Assembly (NCBI GenBank): GCA_964543385.1
Contig: CAZIYE010000001.1
Span: 420,001 to 452,000 of the forward strand
Length of the DNA stretch: 32,000 nt
Source of the DNA: an uncultured Candidatus Saccharibacteria bacterium
GTDB lineage: Bacteria > Patescibacteriota > UBA1384 > XYA2-FULL-43-10 > 1-14-0-10-43-13
Direction: 5' to 3'
In this document: in pieces, positions 24,687-32,000 of the stretch
How the letters are laid out: every line of letters starts with the position of its first letter
How positions within the stretch are numbered: position 1 is the first letter of the stretch
The notes under the pieces: generated by a model
What the model saw: the letters and a program-made list of their open reading frames with translations, nothing else
Database searches by the model: none
What the model was told of the DNA's origin: nothing
Made by a program: the position numbers and the translations under genes

Positions 24687-25682
24687 TTAATCTTCCCCTG
24701 CCAATTGACCACAAGCTGCACTTATTTCATCTCCTAGGCTTGCTCTTATTGTTGTCGGTACTCCATTTCTTTCCAATATACCCCTAAACCGTTCAACTTT
24801 TTGACGACTACTTGATTGAAAATCAGTATCACCGATTGCATTAAAGTTTATTAGGTTCACAAAGGCCAATCTGTTCTTGAGCACATCAGCAAGCGCCTGC
24901 GCATCTTTCTCGCTGTCGTTAAAATTTTCCAGCATTACATATTCGTAACTTACTCTTTTGTTGGTTCTCTCAACATACCGATCCAAAACAGCAAAAAGTT
25001 TTTCTAGTGGATTAGTTTTAGCAATTGGCATCAACTTTTCTCTAAGTTTTTGATTTGGCGCATGGAGGCTAATAGCTAAGGTGACACCCAGATCAGCATC
25101 GGTAAATTTAGAGAGCTGAGCAACTATTCCACACGTTGAGACCGTTATATGTCGTCGTCCAAGATTAAAATAACTCGGATCGTTTAGTTCTTTAATCGCC
25201 CCAATTAAATTATCAAAGTTTAATAGTGGTTCGCCCATTCCCATAAATACAACGTTAGTCAACTTTTTATCTCTCGATTTTAATTGTCGGGCAGCGAATA
25301 AAACCTGTGAAATAATTTCCCAAAGGCTTAGATTGCGCTTGAAGCCAAGCTGGCCAGTAGCGCAAAAAAGACAGCCAGAAGGACAACCAACTTGTGAAGA
25401 AACGCAGACCGTGCTGCGCCCGTCTCGAAATTCCATCAACACCGTCTCAATTTTGGCACCATCCTCCAGCTGGAAAAGCCACTTCGTTGATCCATCCTTT
25501 GACTTTTGTTCAGCAATTAATTGAAATGGCACTATGCTTGTCGCTGCGGCCATCTTCTCACGCTCTTCTTTGCCAATCGTTGTGATATCAGATGGACTAT
25601 CAACCAAATTTACCCAGACAGCATGACGAATCTGTTTTTGTCTTAACGAGGTCTGATTTTTTAGATAATCATAAAATTCCAT
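24687..25682 (-). CDS. rlmN: 23S rRNA (adenine2503-C2)-methyltransferase, radical SAM
   Basis: VCVSSQVGCPSGCLFCATGQLGFKRNL (CxxxCxxC), VVFMGMGEPLLNFDNL, HITVSTCGIVAQL...LAISLHAPNQKLREKLMPIA. MEFYDYL is the likely start. Confidence 0.95.
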   Translation of the reverse strand: MEFYDYLKNQTSLRQKQIRHAVWVNLVDSPSDITTIGKEEREKMAAATSIVPFQLIAEQKSKDGSTKWLFQLEDGAKIETVLMEFRDGRSTVCVSSQVGCPSGCLFCATGQLGFKRNLSLWEIISQVLFAARQLKSRDKKLTNVVFMGMGEPLLNFDNLIGAIKELNDPSYFNLGRRHITVSTCGIVAQLSKFTDADLGVTLAISLHAPNQKLREKLMPIAKTNPLEKLFAVLDRYVERTNKRVSYEYVMLENFNDSEKDAQALADVLKNRLAFVNLINFNAIGDTDFQSSSRQKVERFRGILERNGVPTTIRASLGDEISAACGQLAGED

Positions 25683-25689
25683 ATTATTC

Positions 25690-27102
25690 CTACTCCTGAG
25701 ATCCACCTGGTGCCTCGCGCCTCTTCTCTATATCCCCGAATCTCATTTGAGCCGGATTGAAGAACAATTCGAGATTACCGATTGGACCATTTCTATGTTT
25801 TCTTATTAAAACTTCTGTTATCCCTTTTCTTTCTGATTCAGGGTGATAATATTCGTCGCGATATAGAAACATTACGATATCAGCATCCTGTTCTATGGAG
25901 CCAGACTCACGCAGATCGGACAATTGTGGACGCTTGTCGTCACGATGTTCAACAGCACGAGAGAGCTGTGACAATGCGATAATTGGCACATTCAATTCTC
26001 TTGCGAGACCCTTTAGGCCTCTTGAGATTTCTGAAATTTCTTGAACCCTATTGCCTTCCGAGCTCCGACTATGACCAGACATAAGCTGCAAATAGTCAAT
26101 AATGATAAGGCCAAGTCCATGTTCCATTTGCAACCTTCTTGCCTTTGCCCTTATCTCCATAATATTGCCGCCGGCTGAATCATCAATAAACAATGGTGCC
26201 TCAGAAAGAACACCCATGGCATAGCCAATTTTTGGGAAGTCGTCATCAGAAAGATTACCCGTTCTCAATTTCCACGAGTCAACACCGGCCTGCGAAGATA
26301 ATAGACGATCTACGAGCTGATCTTTACTCATTTCTAATGAAAATATAGCAACAGGCAATTTCTCATCTATAGCAGCGTTTTCAGCCAAGTTTAGAGCGAA
26401 AGAAGTTTTACCCATCGATGGCCTAGCAGCCAGAATAATCAAATCCGACTGTTGAAAACCAGCAGTTACATTATCTAGTGCTTTAAAACCACTGGGAACG
26501 CCTCTAATCGCGCCCTTATCTTTGTCCTTGTGGATTTTATCTATTCTATCAAAGGCATCTGTGAGAACATCCTTGATGGCAATAAATTTATTCTTCATCG
26601 ACTTTTGTGAAATGGAGAAAAGTGATTGTTCTGCCGAATCTAAAACCTCGGAAATTTCGCCGTCTTCTTCATAACCAAGCTCCGTAATATTTGCTCCAGC
26701 ACTAATCAGACGCCGCAAAATAGCCTTGTCGCGGACAATCTGAGCATAATAAGCAATGTTTGCAGCAGAAGGAGTGTTATTAACAATTTCCGCCAAATAA
26801 CTAGATCCGCCAACTTGTTTTATTTTACCTGCGTTCTCCAGTATTTCGGAGAGCGTAACGATATCTATCGGCATTCTTTTTTCAAACAAATTTGCCATTG
26901 CCTCATAGACAATACCATGACGACTATCATAAAAATCCTCGTGGGTGATGACGTCTGCTACCTTGATAATTGCATCTTTATCTAACAAAATGGCGCCGAG
27001 AATACTTCTCTCCGCTTCTACGTTTTGAGGAGGCATACGCAAACCAGATGGCTTGTTGGCTGGCTCCTGATTACGACTAGATTTTTGCTCTTTTACAGGC
27101 AT
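25690..27102 (-). CDS. dnaB: Replicative DNA helicase DnaB
   Basis: PQNVEAERSILGAILLDKDAI...LIILAARPSMGKTSFALNLAENAA...VAIFSLEMSKDQLVDRLL...LIIIDYLQLMSG...QLSRAVEHRDDKRPQLSDLRESGSIEQDADIV. Confidence 0.97.
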   Translation of the reverse strand: MPVKEQKSSRNQEPANKPSGLRMPPQNVEAERSILGAILLDKDAIIKVADVITHEDFYDSRHGIVYEAMANLFEKRMPIDIVTLSEILENAGKIKQVGGSSYLAEIVNNTPSAANIAYYAQIVRDKAILRRLISAGANITELGYEEDGEISEVLDSAEQSLFSISQKSMKNKFIAIKDVLTDAFDRIDKIHKDKDKGAIRGVPSGFKALDNVTAGFQQSDLIILAARPSMGKTSFALNLAENAAIDEKLPVAIFSLEMSKDQLVDRLLSSQAGVDSWKLRTGNLSDDDFPKIGYAMGVLSEAPLFIDDSAGGNIMEIRAKARRLQMEHGLGLIIIDYLQLMSGHSRSSEGNRVQEISEISRGLKGLARELNVPIIALSQLSRAVEHRDDKRPQLSDLRESGSIEQDADIVMFLYRDEYYHPESERKGITEVLIRKHRNGPIGNLELFFNPAQMRFGDIEKRREAPGGSQE

Positions 27103-27116
27103 TTGTTTATCCCTTA

Positions 27117-28694
27117 CTACGTTTCAAAGATTTCAGTAACAGCCTTTTCCTGATCAATATTTTCTTCTTTATTTATGGATTTTGAACTACTATCAGCTAT
27201 TTTGCAACATACTTTGTATTTAGATCCTGTAACTTGAGAGATAATACTTTCCAATACATCACGATTCTTCTTCTCAGAAATTCTGTCTTTGTGAAACTTA
27301 AATTTTACTCCGAGGGTAAGAGTATCGTTTGTCATTTGCTCTGGCTTTGCATCTCGCAGCAACGCAGCAAGAGTTGAATTCTCCTTTTTAGTTGACTCGA
27401 TAACTTGGCACCAAATATCCTGCGTCATTTCCAGAACTGGTACAGGTACAGTTGCTGATGTGCACTGGCTATCTTTTTCGACAGAATTAGGCCGTGGCTC
27501 AAAAACAGCTTTTTCTTCAATTGGTGGAGTTTTAACCACCTTTTTGTCCTGCGACACAATAGCTTGAGATTTTGTCGCTGGTATATCAATAATTTTAAAT
27601 TCACTGTTTACGGATTTAACTACTGCTATTTCCAAGGGCAGCATCGGATACTGTACATCCTTCAGCAAAGAGCTAGCTTCTATAAAAGAATCAATTACTT
27701 TCATTATTTTAACAAGATCAGTTTTTGAGGATAGTTCCCTGATTTTTGCAATGTTTTCCAATGTATCTTCGAAAACAGTCTCTGCATTAATGCTACAGAG
27801 CATGACCCTTCTTAAGGTTTCTATAACCTTGCGATTAAATTCCAAAAGGTCATGCCCCGAATCAAAAAGTCTCCTGGCGATTTTTAATCCCTCCTCCGGG
27901 TTTTTATTAAAAATTGCACCAACAAAGAGTAAAACTTCGTTATCCTCTGCAACACCAAGAATTTTTCTAGTTATCTCTATGTTAATTTTACTATTTGCAG
28001 ATGAAACTTGTTCAAGCAGGCCCAATGCATCCCTGTGGCCACCAGCAGCAACTACAGCAATCAAATCTAGTGAGGCATCATCAATAGTTATATCCTCTGC
28101 TTTGCAAACATTTTTCAAGTTTGTGATGATCTCTTCTTTTGCTGCTCTTTTGAAATCAAACCTTTGGGTTCTAGAAATAATAGTCGCCGGTATCTTATGA
28201 GTCTCAGTTGTGGCTAAAATAAAAACAGCATGGCTTGGCGGCTCCTCAAGGGTCTTTAAAAGCGCATTGAAGGCGCTTTTAGACAACATATGAACCTCAT
28301 CTATGATATAAACCTTTTTGGGAGATTTAGTTGGTGACAAACGAGCTTTCTCGATCAAATCGCGAACATCATCTACTCCTGTATGCGAAGCGGCATCTAT
28401 TTCAATAACATCAAGAGATTTGCCAGCAGCTATTTCTAAGCATGAATTACACTCGTTGCATGGCTCTCCAGAAAATTCCTCTTTTTTGTTTTTCGAATCA
28501 TTTATCTTTTGACAATTAATTGCTTTAGCAAGTAATCTAGCAGTCGAAGTTTTGCCAATACCTCTTGGACCAGTCAAAAGATAGGTATGGACAAGTTTGT
28601 CACTCCTGATACTCTCGAGTAATGTTTTTGCCACATGCTCTTGACCAACAAGTTCGCCAAATGTTTTCGAACGATATTTCTGATAAAAAGCCAT
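27117..28694 (-). CDS. dnaX: DNA polymerase III subunit gamma/tau
   Basis: YQKYRSKTFGELVGQEHVAKTLL...YLLTGPRGIGKTSTARLLAKAINC...CNECNSC...VYIIDEVHMLSKSAFNALLKTLEEPPSHAVFILATTETHKIPATIISRTQRFDF. Confidence 0.96.
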   Translation of the reverse strand: MAFYQKYRSKTFGELVGQEHVAKTLLESIRSDKLVHTYLLTGPRGIGKTSTARLLAKAINCQKINDSKNKKEEFSGEPCNECNSCLEIAAGKSLDVIEIDAASHTGVDDVRDLIEKARLSPTKSPKKVYIIDEVHMLSKSAFNALLKTLEEPPSHAVFILATTETHKIPATIISRTQRFDFKRAAKEEIITNLKNVCKAEDITIDDASLDLIAVVAAGGHRDALGLLEQVSSANSKINIEITRKILGVAEDNEVLLFVGAIFNKNPEEGLKIARRLFDSGHDLLEFNRKVIETLRRVMLCSINAETVFEDTLENIAKIRELSSKTDLVKIMKVIDSFIEASSLLKDVQYPMLPLEIAVVKSVNSEFKIIDIPATKSQAIVSQDKKVVKTPPIEEKAVFEPRPNSVEKDSQCTSATVPVPVLEMTQDIWCQVIESTKKENSTLAALLRDAKPEQMTNDTLTLGVKFKFHKDRISEKKNRDVLESIISQVTGSKYKVCCKIADSSSKSINKEENIDQEKAVTEIFET

Positions 28695-28701
28695 AAAAGT
28701 C

Positions 28702-28729
28702 AGAATTAAGAATTAAGAATTAAGAATTA
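28702..28729. repeat. Heptamer tandem repeat (AGAATTA)x4
   Basis: Direct reading; lies 7 nt upstream of the dnaX ATG (TAATTCT units on the dnaX sense strand). Confidence 0.95.
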
Positions 28730-28853
28730 AGCTAGTTTATGCTTACTTCCTACTTCTTATTGCTTACCGCTGACTACTTTCTCATTATAGAGTTAAGTTG
28801 TGTGTTTAAAAAATACTGCTTGCCTCACCTCAAAAATACTAAGTCCTGCCAAA

Positions 28854-28881
28854 GGAAAATGGAAAATGGAAAATGGAAAAT
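28854..28881. repeat. Heptamer tandem repeat (GGAAAAT)x4
   Basis: Direct reading: ggaaaat ggaaaat ggaaaat ggaaaat. Confidence 0.95.
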
Positions 28882-29071
28882 ATATATTTGTCCCCAGATA
28901 ATCCACAGACATATACACAAATAGCTTATTTGAAGTCTTGTTTTTTAGTCTCCAACTTTATAAACCTTTGTTTAGCGAACTTGTAATGGTTATATTTCCG
29001 CTTTTTTCGCAGTTAATTACTTGTTTTTAATATAATAAAAAAGTAAAATGTACTAAAGGAGCGGAAACAAA

Positions 29072-31393
29072 ATGAACAAGACAGAACTAGCTAAAATTTT
29101 AGCTAGCAAAATCAAAAAAGACCCGAAAGTTGCCGAAAAAATGATCAATTCTTTTGGCGATACTGTTACTGAAGTATTATCAAAAGGCGGCAAAATCGTC
29201 TATTCTAACTTCGGTACTTTTTATACTGTTCATTATCCATCTAAGGTTATTTACCATCCAACGCTTGGCACTAAGAAAAAAATGATCATGTTACCTACAA
29301 ATGCAGTCAAATGGATGCCATCAGGTAATATTAAAGATATGGTAAATTCCGGCAAAGAAATCGAGGGAGCGACAACTTTTGGCGCCAGCAAAAAAATTAA
29401 GGATCTGCATCTCAACCCCGCAGTAGAAGAAACTATAATTGATAATACAAAAGATATGGATAAAAGCCAGGAAATTGGTGGTTCATTGACATATTCTAGC
29501 TCAGAGCATGAAGATCAAGAGGAAGTTGAAATCCCTATCCGTAATATTTCAAAGAATAAAATCGAGGATAATACGACTATTGATGATAAGAAAGCTACTC
29601 CGGCAGTAGAAGACAAAGATGGTTTCTGGGATCAACTATTTAAAAAAGCAAACGACGATTCCAAAAATATCGACCAAAGCAAAAAAATAGAGACAGATAG
29701 TATAGATAGCAAAAATGATAAATCACCCTCAGTCGGATTGGGCTTGTTTGGTGCCAATACGTCGTCGAAACAAGAAATCAAAGCCCCTACTCCTAATGTC
29801 ATAGATGGTCAAAATATCGAGCCAGAAGAAGAAAGCCTATCTCCTTACATAAACAGAAAAACTTCCATCTCATATATCGACTTATCCAAGACGACAGTAC
29901 CCAAAGAAATCTTACAAATGATTTCAGAAAAAATTGCCAGAGAATATAAAATTGTTCCAGTCGAAGATAGTAATGATGGACTAGTGGTTGGCATGGTCGA
30001 CCCAGAAGATATTGAAGCAATAGAGATTGTGAAAAAGATTATCGGCAAAAAGGTTTTGCCAAAGCTGACAACTGAAACTGACCTAAACCACGTTTTGGAC
30101 CAATACCAAGGTTTCGAAAGTGAGGTGAAGGAAGCGATTGAAGATGTTGAAGATAAAGATCATAAAAAAGAAGAAGATCAAAAATCTGCGTCGATAATAT
30201 CAAGCTCCGCGCCAGCATCTAGGATTGTTAGTTCGCTATTAAAACGAGCCATTAGAGATAAGGCATCAGACATACATATAGAACCATATGAGGATGAAGT
30301 GACTGTACGTTTTCGTATTGATGGCGTCCTACATAAGAAAGTATCTCTGCCAAAAGATATTCAGCAAGCAGTAGTTTCACGCATCAAAATTTTATCAAAC
30401 CTAAAAATAGACGAGCAACGTCTACCACAAGATGGACGCTTTAGTATTATGGCAGACAACCGTAAAGTTGATTTTCGTGTCTCAACCATGCCAATTGCAA
30501 ATGGCGAAAAAGTAGTTATGAGAATCTTGGATAAGCTCTCAGGGATAATTTCAATTGATGACCTAGGCTTTCGAGAAAGAGATTTTTCTCTTATCAATAA
30601 TAGCTGCCAAAAATCTCATGGAATGATCTTAGTAACTGGCCCTACTGGATCGGGCAAGACAACAACTCTTTACGCCCTGATACAGAAAATATACAGCGAA
30701 GGTATTAATATCATTACTTTAGAGGACCCTATCGAATACCAAATCCCCGGCATTAATCAGAGCCAGGTGAATGCGGAAATAGATTACACTTTTGCCTCCG
30801 GCCTGCGCTCCATTTTACGTCAAGACCCGGATGTCGTTATGATTGGAGAGATAAGAGATAGAGAAACAGCTGAGATGGCCGTACACGCAGCCTTGACTGG
30901 TCATGTTGTTCTTTCCACACTTCATACCAATGATTCTGCAGGCGCAATTCCTAGATTAGTAGATATGAATATAGAACCATTTCTATTAAATTCATCTCTA
31001 AATCTGATTCTAGCCCAAAGATTAGCGAGAAGAATTTGTGATTCCTGCAAAGAAGAAATAAATCCATCCCAAGACCAATTAAAACTAATTAAGAATGAAT
31101 TAGACAAAATGCCCCGTGAAGAAAAGGCAAAAATCGGTAATAAAATTAAATTTTACAAGGGCAAGGGCTGTAAAGATTGTTCCAATACTGGATATAAAGG
31201 CAGAATAGGAATTTATGAAGTGCTTGAAGTTGATAAGAAGATAAAAGATTTAGTCGCCAATAAAGCGTCGTCGAATGGGATTGAGGAGAGTGCTATTCAA
31301 AATGGCATGACGACAATGATACAAGATGGAATTTTAAAAGCAATCAGCGGTCTTACTACAATTGAAGAAGTATGGAGGGTCACCAAGGAATAA
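29072..31393 (+). CDS. pilB: HU/IHF-like DNA-binding domain fused to PilB/GspE-type secretion/pilus ATPase, 773 aa
   Basis: N-terminal MNKTELAKILASKIKKDPKVAEKMINSFGDTVTEVLSKGGKIVYSNFGTFYTVHYPSKV...HPTLGTKKKMIMLPTNAVKWMPSGNIKDMVN (HU-like). Later DKASDIHIEPYEDEVTVRFRIDG, LVTGPTGSGKTTTLYALI (Walker A), TLEDPIEYQIPG, QDPDVVMIGEIRD, ALTGHVVLSTLHTNDSAGAIPRL and a CDSCKEE...CKDCSNTGYKGR zinc motif. SD AAAGGAG upstream. Confidence 0.93.
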   Translation: MNKTELAKILASKIKKDPKVAEKMINSFGDTVTEVLSKGGKIVYSNFGTFYTVHYPSKVIYHPTLGTKKKMIMLPTNAVKWMPSGNIKDMVNSGKEIEGATTFGASKKIKDLHLNPAVEETIIDNTKDMDKSQEIGGSLTYSSSEHEDQEEVEIPIRNISKNKIEDNTTIDDKKATPAVEDKDGFWDQLFKKANDDSKNIDQSKKIETDSIDSKNDKSPSVGLGLFGANTSSKQEIKAPTPNVIDGQNIEPEEESLSPYINRKTSISYIDLSKTTVPKEILQMISEKIAREYKIVPVEDSNDGLVVGMVDPEDIEAIEIVKKIIGKKVLPKLTTETDLNHVLDQYQGFESEVKEAIEDVEDKDHKKEEDQKSASIISSSAPASRIVSSLLKRAIRDKASDIHIEPYEDEVTVRFRIDGVLHKKVSLPKDIQQAVVSRIKILSNLKIDEQRLPQDGRFSIMADNRKVDFRVSTMPIANGEKVVMRILDKLSGIISIDDLGFRERDFSLINNSCQKSHGMILVTGPTGSGKTTTLYALIQKIYSEGINIITLEDPIEYQIPGINQSQVNAEIDYTFASGLRSILRQDPDVVMIGEIRDRETAEMAVHAALTGHVVLSTLHTNDSAGAIPRLVDMNIEPFLLNSSLNLILAQRLARRICDSCKEEINPSQDQLKLIKNELDKMPREEKAKIGNKIKFYKGKGCKDCSNTGYKGRIGIYEVLEVDKKIKDLVANKASSNGIEESAIQNGMTTMIQDGILKAISGLTTIEEVWRVTKE

Positions 31394-31394
31394 A

Positions 31395-32000
31395 ATGCTT
31401 TTTTACTACCAAGCAAAAAACAGCAAAGGGGAAACAAAAAGCGATTACTTAGAGACAAACGACAAGGCGTCTGCTTTGGCATCCCTAAAACAAAATGGGC
31501 TTTATGTAGTAAAAATTATTGAAAAGGATAAGGAAGATAGAATATCTAAGATGTTTTCGAGAAATAAGATTCCCTTAAAAGATAAAATTATATTCACAAA
31601 GCAGCTTGGGATAATGATAAGGTCAGGTCTATCAATTTTAGATGCTCTGAAATCTCTCCAAGAGGAGTCTTCTAACAAGAAAATGGAGACGATAATACTC
31701 AATTTGATCTCCGAAATTGAAGGGGGATCCCCGCTTTCAAAGGCACTTGCAAACCACAGAGAGGTATTTGGTGACATTTATATCAGCATGGTCCAATCTG
31801 GCGAAAAATCAGGAAAAGTTGATACTGTTCTAGAACGCTTGAACACTCAATTAGAGAATGATTATGATCTTCAAAGAAAAATTAAAGGAGCCCTTTCCTA
31901 TCCAATCTTTATACTTGTGACTATGATTGCGGTCGTATCTTTAGTAATCGTCTTAATCATTCCACAATTGAAAGTAATCTTCGATGATGCAGGGATCAGT
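31395..32000 (+). CDS. pilC: PilC/GspF-type inner membrane platform protein, N-terminal part, truncated at window edge
   Basis: Manual translation from ATG 31395: MLFYYQAKNSKGETKSDYLETNDKASALASLKQNGLYVVKII...FTKQLGIMIRSGLSILDALKSLQEES...GDIYISMVQSGEKSGKVDTVLERLNTQLE...KIKGALSYPIFILVTMIAVVSLVIVLIIPQLKVIF. Confidence 0.93.
   Translation, partial: MLFYYQAKNSKGETKSDYLETNDKASALASLKQNGLYVVKIIEKDKEDRISKMFSRNKIPLKDKIIFTKQLGIMIRSGLSILDALKSLQEESSNKKMETIILNLISEIEGGSPLSKALANHREVFGDIYISMVQSGEKSGKVDTVLERLNTQLENDYDLQRKIKGALSYPIFILVTMIAVVSLVIVLIIPQLKVIFDDAGIS

Noticed and set aside
29799-31107. Antisense ORFs inside the HU-PilB gene (29799-30020, 29845-30048, 30361-30597, 30922-31107)
   Set aside because: They are opposite a gene with multiple conserved motifs throughout and have no independent support.

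Overview
The window is an AT-rich bacterial chromosome segment. Gene content suggests a Candidate Phyla Radiation/Patescibacteria-like genome, but this is inference. Most genes lie on the minus strand. They include a cysteine desulfurase (partial), tatD, an EamA-like permease, metG, a 1547-aa surface protein with an IPT/TIG domain and about 8 InlB-B-like repeats, rsmI, an Nramp-family transporter, rsmA/ksgA with an adjacent YabE/RpfB-like G5 + lysozyme-like protein, a uvrD/pcrA helicase, rlmN, dnaB and dnaX. A pilB/pilC pair starts at the right edge. Three observations stand out. (1) Several GC-rich, monocistronic cassettes are scattered through the AT-rich backbone. Five have a readable promoter with exactly 17 bp between -35 and -10, a stem-loop at the predicted mRNA 5' end, a Shine-Dalgarno and their own terminator hairpin. 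(2) There are two apparently non-coding or leader transcription units, at about 23.05-23.57 kb and 17.33-17.52 kb. Each has a near-consensus promoter and strongly structured sequence, and I recognise neither as a known RNA family. (3) The PilB-like secretion/pilus ATPase carries an HU/IHF-like DNA-binding domain at its N-terminus in one uninterrupted ORF. Also notable are a 129-bp palindromic REP/MITE-like element, start codons placed inside hairpins, short tandem repeats directly upstream of dnaX and of an orphan antitoxin, and a divergent Nramp. No CRISPR array, rRNA, tRNA or transposase was recognised.
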